From contig JAGQMC010000042.1 of the NCBI GenBank assembly GCA_020428815.1, positions 1 to 57,858 on the forward strand: 57,858 nt of DNA, read 5' to 3'. The notes beneath the pieces are model-generated. The model saw only the letters and a list, made by a program, of their open reading frames with translations, was not told the DNA's origin and did no database searches. Numbering within the stretch: position 1 is the first letter of the stretch; each line of letters begins with the position of its first letter. Below, piece by piece: positions 1 to 8,534 of this stretch. This DNA is from Candidatus Kaiserbacteria bacterium (GTDB taxonomy: Bacteria > Patescibacteriota > Minisyncoccia > Phycocordibacterales > UBA918). Made by a program: the position numbers and the translations under genes.

Positions 1-1
1 T

Positions 2-30
2 GGCACGCCGCCGCTTGCGCGGCGGCGGCC
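2..30 (-). terminator. GC-only hairpin downstream of tRNA-Ser; candidate terminator or edge of another structured RNA
   Basis: 9-bp stem 6-14/19-27 (CGCCGCCGC/GCGGCGGCG), GCAA loop on the minus strand, extended by 2-4/28-30. It lies 34 nt downstream of the tRNA-Ser 3' end. The window edge hides any T-run. Confidence 0.3.
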
Positions 31-63
31 TCGGGTTCTGTTTCCGTTGATTGTCCTAAAGTG

Positions 64-150
<87 letters not shown>

Positions 151-169
151 ATGTTTTGTGGTGGGTCAG

Positions 170-178
170 ATTATAGCA
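170..178 (-). promoter_or_regulatory. extended -10 (TGcTATAAT) candidate promoter for tRNA-Ser
   Basis: The minus strand reads TGCTATAAT about 20 nt upstream of the tRNA 5' end. No clear -35. Confidence 0.4.
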
Positions 179-186
179 AGAATGAA

Positions 187-1083
187 CTAGGCGTCCATTC
201 CACGCAGCTTAGCTATCCGGTCTGAAGCTGGCGGGTGCGTCATAAATAACCCAGAAATCTTTTGACCAATCCCCCGCTTATCAGACTTGAACGGGTCAGA
301 AATAAAAAGGTGAGCTGTAGCATGAGAGGCTTTTTTCATTGGCTGCGAGTAGGTGTTAATTTTTTCTAAAGCAGAAGCCAGTCCTTCCGGATAGCGTGTA
401 AGTAGTGCTCCAGTTGCGTCAGCCAGATATTCACGTTTACGAGAAATTGCTAATTGAATCAACTTGGCAGCTATAGGCGCCAGAATTATACCGACAATTC
501 CAATTATCAAAAAAGCGGGATGACGGTCACGGTTGTTCCCTCCCCCATACATGAGCGAACGGCTGAGGATATCAGCTACTATAGCGACGAAACCAGCCAA
601 AACAACTGCGACCGTCATAACCAACATATCGCGATTACCAACGTGAGCCAGTTCATGAGCTATCACACCTTCAAGCTCGTTTCGTTCGAGTATTTGCAAA
701 AGGCCTGAAGTAACTGCCACAACAGCATGCTCTGGGTCTCTTCCGGTCGCAAAGGCATTTGGTGAAGGATCATCCACGATGTAGACCTTAGGCATTGGTA
801 ATCCGGCAGTAATAGAAAGGTTTTCGACGATATTACATAAATCTGGTGCTTCAGCGTGTGTGACCGGACGAGCATTAGTCATCTTGAGTACCATCTTATC
901 GGAATACCAATAACTCCCAACACTTGTCAAAATGGCAAAAACTGCCCCAACGTAGAGAATGATTGGGTTATTGAAATAAAATGACACGCCATAACAAATA
1001 GCTATCACCATCACCATGAAGACGGTCATTAACAGAAAGGTTTTTCTAACATTATTCGCTTGTTGAGTGTATAGAGTTGCCAT
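187..1083 (-). CDS. htpX: zinc metalloprotease HtpX (M48 family)
   Basis: 298 aa with N-terminal TM helices and the HELAH zinc motif ([13 protein letters not shown]). The C-terminal THPPxxxRI motif is typical of HtpX. Confidence 0.9.
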   Translation of the reverse strand: MATLYTQQANNVRKTFLLMTVFMVMVIAICYGVSFYFNNPIILYVGAVFAILTSVGSYWYSDKMVLKMTNARPVTHAEAPDLCNIVENLSITAGLPMPKVYIVDDPSPNAFATGRDPEHAVVAVTSGLLQILERNELEGVIAHELAHVGNRDMLVMTVAVVLAGFVAIVADILSRSLMYGGGNNRDRHPAFLIIGIVGIILAPIAAKLIQLAISRKREYLADATGALLTRYPEGLASALEKINTYSQPMKKASHATAHLFISDPFKSDKRGIGQKISGLFMTHPPASDRIAKLRGMDA

Positions 1084-1123
1084 TTTTAATTACTTTTGTA
1101 CGAAATACTGTTATTACTTGTTT

Positions 1124-1230
1124 CAAAAATAGATACAGAGCGAGGAAGCTGAGAGAAATTTTTTGAGCCGTACTTAGTGGTACGGTGAAGAAAATTTCTT
1201 GAAAGATGACGACGCTATGTGCTATTTTTG
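1124..1230. repeat. 107-nt imperfect long hairpin (three helical segments)
   Basis: CAAAAATAG (1124-1132) pairs with CTATTTTTG (1222-1230). Internal AGAAATTTT pairs with AAAATTTCT. Apical CCGTAC-TTAGTG-GTACGG. Located between htpX and the MazG-like gene. Confidence 0.5.
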
Positions 1231-1239
1231 GAATAAGTG

Positions 1240-1623
1240 TTAGAGAGGGATGCCCTGGACACTTTCATCAGATCGATAGTCCACATCATCGGACCATTGC
1301 AGATAGTAACCATGCTTATAACCACCCTTTGTCACTAAATTTTCCTTGCGAAATTTAATCAATTCTTCTTTTGAAATTTCCAACTGTTTAATTAGGGTTT
1401 CTAACACCACCATTAAATCACTGTATTCCTCAAGAAACTTCTCCTTGGTCCGACACATGGACAAAGAAGCAGCTTCTTCTTGCACTTTTTTGAATAATTC
1501 TTGTTGTAACTCCTGCACATCTGTAATAGTACGAACTTCACACTTTTGGTGTTTAGACTCAATCTTGGCTGGAACATTGTCCCGTACTAATTTATTGTAA
1601 TAGACTCTGTTAATCTCAGACAT
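1240..1623 (-). CDS. MazG-like nucleoside triphosphate pyrophosphohydrolase (house-cleaning NTPase family)
   Basis: 127 aa. The N-terminal YNKLVRDNVP motif and all-alpha EE-rich core are typical of MazG/PRA-PH-like proteins. Only a 3-nt gap from lemA. Confidence 0.65.
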   Translation of the reverse strand: MSEINRVYYNKLVRDNVPAKIESKHQKCEVRTITDVQELQQELFKKVQEEAASLSMCRTKEKFLEEYSDLMVVLETLIKQLEISKEELIKFRKENLVTKGGYKHGYYLQWSDDVDYRSDESVQGIPL

Positions 1624-1626
1624 ACA

Positions 1627-2211
1627 CTAAAACTGTACTTTAACTGGTTCTCGCTCTTCGCTATTTTCCTCTAATTCAAAGTATTCCTCAGCCTTAAAGT
1701 TAAACATGTTGCCGATGATATTTGAAGGAAATGATTCTAGAAGAATATTTAAGTCACGCACATTGGTATTATAGAAACGTCGCGCGGCTTGGATTTTGTT
1801 TTCGGTATCAGACAATTCTCTCTGCAACTCTAGGAAGTTGGTGTTAGCCTTCAAGTCTGGATAATTTTCCGCCACCGCCAGTAGTCGACTCAAGGCACCA
1901 GTCAAGGCTGACTCGGCTCCAGCCATGGCAGTGATTTGCTCTGGGGTAACATTACCCGCATCGATATGTGTTGAAGTAGCATTGGCTCTTGCTTGGGTCA
2001 CTGCATCTAAAGTTTCTCGTTCATGTGCAGCGTAACCCTTTACTGTTTCAATCAAATTTGGGATAAGGTCATAACGACGTTTTAACTGTACATCGATATC
2101 AGCCCACGCTTCCTTTGCACGTTGGGTTAATCTGACAAATTTGTTGTAGATACCAATGACATATCCAATGATAACCACAATAGCAACAATCAAAATCCAC
2201 ATTCCGTTCAT
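1627..2211 (-). CDS. lemA: LemA family membrane protein
   Basis: 194 aa with an N-terminal TM helix, then the conserved LemA core (QLKRRYDLIPNLIETVKGYAAHE ... ENYPDLKAN ... LQ.EL..TENKI..AR..YN). Confidence 0.9.
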   Translation of the reverse strand: MNGMWILIVAIVVIIGYVIGIYNKFVRLTQRAKEAWADIDVQLKRRYDLIPNLIETVKGYAAHERETLDAVTQARANATSTHIDAGNVTPEQITAMAGAESALTGALSRLLAVAENYPDLKANTNFLELQRELSDTENKIQAARRFYNTNVRDLNILLESFPSNIIGNMFNFKAEEYFELEENSEEREPVKVQF

Positions 2212-2261
2212 AGAATAAAATTATGTTTTTATACCTTATATTCTAGCATAAGGAGCATATA

Positions 2262-2300
2262 AAGACACAAAAGTAGCGAGTGGTTCTAACACCCTGCTAC
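2262..2300 (-). terminator. candidate intrinsic terminator after CDS 2328..3086
   Basis: Hairpin GTAGC(2273-2277)/GCTAC(2296-2300) with additional inner pairs, followed on the minus strand by TTTTGTGTCTTT. Confidence 0.45.
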
Positions 2301-2327
2301 ACATTCTATCAGCGAATAATTTAACAT

Positions 2328-3086
2328 CTACACTGTCCCCCACTCCTGTTCTTTATCTGACAGATCTTGAGCGTTAAAGGCCGAACCGCTCCTATGCTCA
2401 TCTTCTCGTTGCAGTAAATACATGCGTCTAGCTTGAGTATCTAAATAAACAGCGGTGGCTCCTCGCTTGTCCGACTTTGGTTGGAAAACAACAGGCTGAA
2501 AGCCAAAAGTCTGTACCACCTCATCAGCTAAAAGATCAATGACTTGGTGGTAATCCGCATTATCTTCAGGCTGGTCAAGCACACTTCTGCCTCCAAATAT
2601 GACAATATCGACTGATTGGGGGACTGAGCGTTGTTTAAGTTCTGTAAATTTATCAGAAATTTTGTGCATGAACTTATCACCATCGGTTTCGGACTTAAGG
2701 AAGTAATTTGGGTCTTGGTGAGATAAAAAAGACACATTTTCACCAGTTAGAGAATCTATTCCGACACCAATAACACCAGTACAGTTATAAAATCTCTTGG
2801 AGAACTTACTGTTGTCATCAATCCCAGAGATGATCACTAAGTGTTCCTTGCCGTTGTCTAAAAAGACTAAGTTATTCTTTTCGTGGTTCGAGTTATAACG
2901 GGCGAATTCCACGTCTACTCCCTCAGCTATGATTTCTCTCATCTTCTGTGAGGTGAAGCTGTCAATGTCGTCCATATTAACCACACTGGCAATCAACGGT
3001 CTGACTTCCTCACTCAAATGTTTACCGTGAAGCGGGCTAACATGCAAATCTTCAAATTTTTCGTAGTTTTCAACAGCTCCTTCCAT
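2328..3086 (-). CDS. hypothetical protein (possible CheD-like Cys/His fold, weak)
   Basis: 252-aa ORF with normal composition and no overlapping competitor of similar length. The motifs NCTGVIGVGID...SFLSHQDP and IVIFGGRSV faintly recall the CheD deamidase signatures. Confidence 0.7.
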   Translation of the reverse strand: MEGAVENYEKFEDLHVSPLHGKHLSEEVRPLIASVVNMDDIDSFTSQKMREIIAEGVDVEFARYNSNHEKNNLVFLDNGKEHLVIISGIDDNSKFSKRFYNCTGVIGVGIDSLTGENVSFLSHQDPNYFLKSETDGDKFMHKISDKFTELKQRSVPQSVDIVIFGGRSVLDQPEDNADYHQVIDLLADEVVQTFGFQPVVFQPKSDKRGATAVYLDTQARRMYLLQREDEHRSGSAFNAQDLSDKEQEWGTV

Positions 3087-3165
3087 ATAACTGATCTGTA
3101 GTAGTGAGTAGGATTACTTAAAACACTTAATTAATTTAGTAAGATTTTAGCATAAAAGACACCTA

Positions 3166-3205
3166 TAAAAAGCAAAAGCCACCGAAGCGACTTCGCTTGG
3201 TGGCT
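3166..3205 (-). terminator. intrinsic terminator after CDS 3221..3595
   Basis: AGCCACC(3177-3183)/GGTGGCT(3199-3205) plus inner AAGCG/CGCTT. On the minus strand it is followed by TTTTGCTTTTT. Confidence 0.8.
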
Positions 3206-3220
3206 GAGTTAGCTCACTGT

Positions 3221-3595
3221 CTAGAAACGATCGGGCGTACCTTCAATCGAATCGAGACCGTGGCCGCACACAGGACGTGATGGCGTAATACGTGAAGTTG
3301 AGTCATCCAGTTCGTTCTGAAGAATCTTCAACTTACGACGCTTGCCCCCACTGACTTTCAAAGCTTTACTATACGCCTTTAATTGGCGGTCGTAAAACTT
3401 GTAAAGCTCCACACTCACCCTTCCGTCCCTCAGCGAGTGACGATCTGCGGGGAACTTCTGCTTCAAAAGCTGAAGCCCCTTTTCGGATTCCGAGTAAAAC
3501 TCAGAGACCCGCTGAATTATGTCGCCATAACTCAACTTGGACTCTCTGTAATACTCAGATGGAGCAAAATCTTCGTAAGTGTATTCCATAACCAT
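3221..3595 (-). CDS. hypothetical protein
   Basis: 124-aa ORF with a terminator directly downstream. No recognisable motifs. Confidence 0.65.
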   Translation of the reverse strand: MVMEYTYEDFAPSEYYRESKLSYGDIIQRVSEFYSESEKGLQLLKQKFPADRHSLRDGRVSVELYKFYDRQLKAYSKALKVSGGKRRKLKILQNELDDSTSRITPSRPVCGHGLDSIEGTPDRF

Positions 3596-3698
3596 GGCCT
3601 CCCTATGCCGAATTGGTTAATCTGTACATATTATGCACTCTATTTCATATTTGTCAAACACAATATGGGCATGCAATAAAAAACAACCTTAAGATTAC

Positions 3699-3726
3699 TT
3701 GACAAAGTATTTTAATTATGTATAAT
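3699..3726 (+). promoter_or_regulatory. consensus sigma70-type promoter (TTGACA-16 nt-TATAAT)
   Basis: TTGACA at 3699-3704 and TATAAT at 3721-3726, with a 16-nt spacer. Predicted TSS near 3733. Confidence 0.7.
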
Positions 3727-3732
3727 ACCAGC

Positions 3733-3994
3733 ATTCAACTTGGAGCCGAAAGAGGCAATACCACTCACCTGGTTGAATATCAGTGCTACATGGAATGCGG
3801 ACCCCATGATGACGCCCGCGTACACTGGTTAGGGGGTCCAGCTTGCTGGAGCGCCAAGGTTCCCCTGTGGTCTAGGGAGGCATGCGATGCGAGGCCAAAA
3901 AGACAAGAGTGGAAGGGGTGGCTTAGGAGCCACGTGGAGTTGCAGGATGTAACCCACAATCCCCGGCCTCATGTGTGCACGCATGGGGTTTTTT
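3733..3994 (+). ncRNA. unclassified GC-rich structured RNA; candidate riboswitch leader or stand-alone ncRNA
   Basis: 39/60 G+C in 3831-3890 versus 16/60 in 3661-3720. Helices: 3733-3739/3772-3778, 3779-3785/3823-3829, 3789-3793/3804-3808, 3831-3836/3861-3866, 3837-3841/3846-3850 (CUUG loop), 3918-3923/3928-3933 (UAGG loop). Bounded by a promoter and an intrinsic terminator. Confidence 0.6.
3967..3994 (+). terminator. intrinsic terminator closing the structured RNA
   Basis: 9-bp stem 3967-3975/3980-3988 (including 2 G-U pairs) with a TGCA loop, immediately followed by TTTTTT (3989-3994). Confidence 0.8.
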
Positions 3995-4070
3995 CTTTAT
4001 TGACTAATCAGACTCAAAATACTAGTCTGTTTCCGGACCATTTGAACCTTTAAAGCAAGGAGAAAATAAA

Positions 4071-4337
4071 TTGAGCGATTCAATCTACTATGGACCAGAA
4101 GATATGGACCGGGTTCCACCGGCAGTTCAGACTGAAATGAAAAACGGCTGTCAGGGAGTACGTTTTTACCCTAATGGCTTTGAAATGACCGAGGAATGTG
4201 GTTGTTGTGACTCGCAAACTCGACCTGGTTGGTACGCTAGTCGCACCGTTATATCGAATGTAATTGACGCCATTCCTGGGAAGTTCATTTGTGAGATTGA
4301 TGGTACTCCTGCCAAACAACCCATGTGGTGGCTCTAA
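4071..4337 (+). CDS. small Cys-rich protein (88 aa), unknown function
   Basis: AAGGAG at 4057-4062 lies 8 nt before a TTG start. 5 Cys including a CGCC cluster. Its own terminator follows at 4354-4382. Confidence 0.55.
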   Translation: MSDSIYYGPEDMDRVPPAVQTEMKNGCQGVRFYPNGFEMTEECGCCDSQTRPGWYASRTVISNVIDAIPGKFICEIDGTPAKQPMWWL

Positions 4338-4353
4338 AAAGTGCACCAAAAAT

Positions 4354-4382
4354 CAACCCGCTTTGTAGCGGGTTGTTGTTTT
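4354..4382 (+). terminator. intrinsic terminator after the small ORF
   Basis: CAACCCGC(4354-4361)/GCGGGTTG(4368-4375), 6-nt loop, then TTGTTTT. Confidence 0.8.
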
Positions 4383-5097
4383 AAAAGACCACATCTGCAT
4401 CTACACGCAACAGCGGAATGTTTGTGTGTTTGTCCAACTCGGCGACCATGGCTACCATGTCACCGATAGTTGCTGGTTGAATGGCCTTTTCCGCCTGATC
4501 TCCCAAGTTAGCCGTCATACTTTCAGTATTGATTACAGCCGGCTGGATATCAGTAACATGAACAATTTCACCGGTCGCAGCGCTTAATTGTTCAACAAAG
4601 CTGCTGATACCACTTTTGGCTGGTGCGTAGGCCATATTATTTTCAAGCACCTTATAAGCGGCATGTGAAGAAATATTTATAATTCTTCCTCCTCGATTTT
4701 CCTTTAAATACTTAGTTGCTCTAAACATAGCCATAGCCGGACCAACTAGATTTTGGGCCACCATGGAGTTTGTATCTTCTACAAACTTTTCAAAACTGTC
4801 ATCTAGACTGGTAGCAACATGCCCACCAGCGGCGACCACGACTAGGTTAATTGGGTTAGTAAAAGAACTTTCAATTTCTGAAAACAAATTATCAATAGAT
4901 TCGCTTTCAGATAAATCAGCAGCAATTATAGTTACACAATCCTTTGAAAAACTATCTGCAAAAACAGTTAACTTTTCTTTGTTTCGAGCCGAGAGAACCA
5001 CATGAAAACCAGCTTCTATTAGTTTTAAAACTATATCTTTGCCAACTCCTCCAGTTGCGCCAATTACTAACGCATTTTTTATATTATCTGTTTTCAT
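4381..5097 (-). CDS. SDR family oxidoreductase
   Basis: 238 aa. N-terminal GATGGVG Rossmann motif, NISS, and YxxxK (YAPAK) catalytic motif. Confidence 0.85.
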   Translation of the reverse strand: MKTDNIKNALVIGATGGVGKDIVLKLIEAGFHVVLSARNKEKLTVFADSFSKDCVTIIAADLSESESIDNLFSEIESSFTNPINLVVVAAGGHVATSLDDSFEKFVEDTNSMVAQNLVGPAMAMFRATKYLKENRGGRIINISSHAAYKVLENNMAYAPAKSGISSFVEQLSAATGEIVHVTDIQPAVINTESMTANLGDQAEKAIQPATIGDMVAMVAELDKHTNIPLLRVDADVVF

Positions 5098-5172
5098 AAT
5101 TTTTCTCCGTTCAGGACTATGTTTTTATTACTACTTATTCAAGTAAATATTACAGTAGAGCTCTGGGAAAGC

Positions 5173-5224
5173 AAAAGGCCGGCGCAAAGCGCCGGCCTTT
5201 TGTCCCGAGGTCCATCCTCGGGAC
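5173..5224 (-). terminator. tandem GC hairpins terminating groEL
   Basis: GTCCCGAGG(5202-5210)/CCTCGGGAC(5216-5224), then GGCCGGCGC(5177-5185)/GCGCCGGCC(5189-5197). The second hairpin is flanked by A4/T4 runs. Confidence 0.8.
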
Positions 5225-5255
5225 AAAATTAAGTTTCTTCGATTTTTTGAGCTTT

Positions 5256-6911
<1,656 letters not shown>

Positions 6912-6924
6912 TCAATAAATTTAA

Positions 6925-7242
6925 TTAGCTGTTAATTACCCCTAAAATACTTGTTTCTGTGACAATAAAAAACTCTTTGTTTTCAATTTTTACTTCATCA
7001 TAACCATATTTTGAAAACACTACTCTGTCTCCTTCCTTAACTTCCATCGGGATACGTTTTTCACCATCTTCATCCCACTTTCCTGGGCCAACTGCAATTA
7101 CCACCCCTTGTTCAGGTTTCTCCTGCTTTGCTGAATCAGGAATAATAATACCCGAGGCTGATACAGTACCAAGCTCTTGTTCGCTTAATGGTCGTACTAT
7201 CACTCGGTCGCCTAACGGCATGATTGGACTTTTGTCTGACAT
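6925..7242 (-). CDS. groS: co-chaperonin GroES
   Basis: The GroES core PLGDRVIV...GIIIPD...G.V.AVG.G is present. I trimmed the start to Met13 of the track ORF (MSDKSPIMPLGDRV), because the first 12 aa look like a spurious extension. Confidence 0.93.
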   Translation of the reverse strand: MSDKSPIMPLGDRVIVRPLSEQELGTVSASGIIIPDSAKQEKPEQGVVIAVGPGKWDEDGEKRIPMEVKEGDRVVFSKYGYDEVKIENKEFFIVTETSILGVINS

Positions 7243-7309
7243 AATGATTTTCAATAAATTACAAGTTAATAGCGACATCTAACAAAATCACAATTCCTGT
7301 CGCGGGCTC

Positions 7310-7338
7310 ATTATACTGATAGCTAGTATTGATTGCAA
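7310..7338 (-). promoter_or_regulatory. groES-groEL promoter (TTGCAA-17 nt-TATAAT)
   Basis: On the minus strand, -35 TTGCAA lies at 7333-7338 and -10 TATAAT at 7310-7315, with a 17-nt spacer. Confidence 0.6.
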
Positions 7339-7346
7339 TTTGCAAT
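7332..7346. promoter_or_regulatory. 15-bp palindrome ATTGCAA-T-TTGCAAT overlapping the groES -35
   Basis: Perfect 7-bp arms around a single central nucleotide, in the divergent intergenic region between groES and CDS 7401. Confidence 0.5.
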
Positions 7347-7400
7347 ATAAGTTGCTAATTTTCTAACAGACATAAACGGTTTTTTACAGGAGAAATAATT

Positions 7401-7955
7401 ATGAGCCTTCATGACTCACTGCAACACTTGCACGACTGGATTCAAAGGCAGTTTCAGAAATTTACAGATTGGTCGCAGATTACTCTGGGTTTAAGTAAGT
7501 TTTTTTGGGAAAAGGCTACTTGTTTGGTTTTTGCTGCTCTTGGCTGTACAGCTTTCATGTTTCTATCGGTCAAAGAAGGATTTATAATATCCTTGCTTTG
7601 CTACATGGAAGTCACTGCACACTTACTGTTAGGAGTAATCTATGTGCCTTTGTTAGATTTTTACGAAAAACAATTCTTTGAGAAAGGGTTGTTGAATAAA
7701 ACCAGAGACTTCTGGAGCAATGACATAACATTGGAGTTCGTCTTAATACCATTATTGGTATTTATTTTACTGATGCTGGCTTGTCTATTCGTTGATGTGG
7801 GTCAACTATTTTTCTCTGGTTGGCTATTTTGTTACTTTGTTATTCATTTTATTGCCAACTGTGTACCCAAACCACCTAGTCAAAGCAAGCTCAATAAGTT
7901 TGTTTCTAGCTTGCTTTGGAAAATTGTTGGAGACACGGCTCCGAAGCCGGCTTAG
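7401..7955 (+). CDS. hypothetical multi-pass membrane protein
   Basis: 184 aa with about 4 hydrophobic helices. AGGAGA lies 6 nt upstream of the ATG. Confidence 0.6.
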   Translation: MSLHDSLQHLHDWIQRQFQKFTDWSQITLGLSKFFWEKATCLVFAALGCTAFMFLSVKEGFIISLLCYMEVTAHLLLGVIYVPLLDFYEKQFFEKGLLNKTRDFWSNDITLEFVLIPLLVFILLMLACLFVDVGQLFFSGWLFCYFVIHFIANCVPKPPSQSKLNKFVSSLLWKIVGDTAPKPA

Positions 7956-8053
7956 TGTCAGTACATTATTTATACGGTGCAAATCCTTTCGGGATTTGCG
8001 CCTTTTTCCTTTAAAGTTTTATGGTTTGCTTACAGTCTTACAGTTAAGTGCCA

Positions 8054-8156
8054 CAAGCAGGGTCTGAGCAATTTGAAAGACCTCACGAAGCTCGTCATCT
8101 GGACGAGCGAGCGGAGAACTTGATTTATGTCTTTCAAATTACTCAGACCCTGCTTG
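8054..8156. repeat. 103-nt long hairpin: 28-bp inverted repeat (1 mismatch) enclosing a 7-bp apical hairpin
   Basis: 8054-8081 CAAGCAGGGTCTGAGCAATTTGAAAGAC pairs with 8129-8156 GTCTTTCAAATTACTCAGACCCTGCTTG. Inner hairpin GCTCGTC(8090-8096)/GACGAGC(8102-8108). Confidence 0.6.
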
Positions 8157-8190
8157 CCTATACATTGACTTTCTGCTAATATCACCCGAC

Positions 8191-8430
8191 ATGAATATTA
8201 TCGAAGCAGTGCAACCAGCACTACCTTACATCCAGATAATTCTCTCCATTCTGCTCGTTTCAGGCATTTTGTTGCAACAACGTGGCTCGAGTTTGGGAGG
8301 TGCATTTGGAGGCGACAACTTTAGTTCAGCTTTTCACAAGCGACGTGGTTCGGAGCTTTTCCTATTCAAATTTTCAGTAATTGTGGCAATTTTGTTTGTT
8401 TTCTCAACTTTTCTTAACATACTTGTTTAA
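8191..8430 (+). CDS. secG: preprotein translocase subunit SecG
   Basis: 79 aa, two TM helices, with the Gly-rich loop LLQQRGSSLGGAFGG typical of SecG. Confidence 0.85.
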   Translation: MNIIEAVQPALPYIQIILSILLVSGILLQQRGSSLGGAFGGDNFSSAFHKRRGSELFLFKFSVIVAILFVFSTFLNILV

Positions 8431-8534
8431 GTAACAAGTTCAAATACACACTTAATTGTCAACATATTTACATTTTATATAAGCAAACGCTTATATTGTT
8501 ATTTCATCATTCACAAAACAACCACCTTAAAACC

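Noticed and set aside
3733-3994. Assignment of the structured RNA to RNase P, tmRNA, SRP, 6S, cobalamin, T-box, glycine, M-box or ykkC families
   Set aside because: Only short partial resemblances exist (ACAAUCCCCGGCCUCA versus the RNase P 3' P4 strand; CCCGC..ACUGG versus the B12 core; GGGGUGG versus the T-box; CCGAAAGAGGCAA versus the glycine core). In every case the companion motifs or required helices are missing, so I left it unclassified.
3718-4053. 111-aa plus-strand ORF from the track
   Set aside because: It starts inside the TATAAT -10 box, runs through the GC-rich helices and straight across an intrinsic terminator, and has a non-protein-like composition (W/H/C/R-rich). I interpret the region as structured RNA, not CDS.
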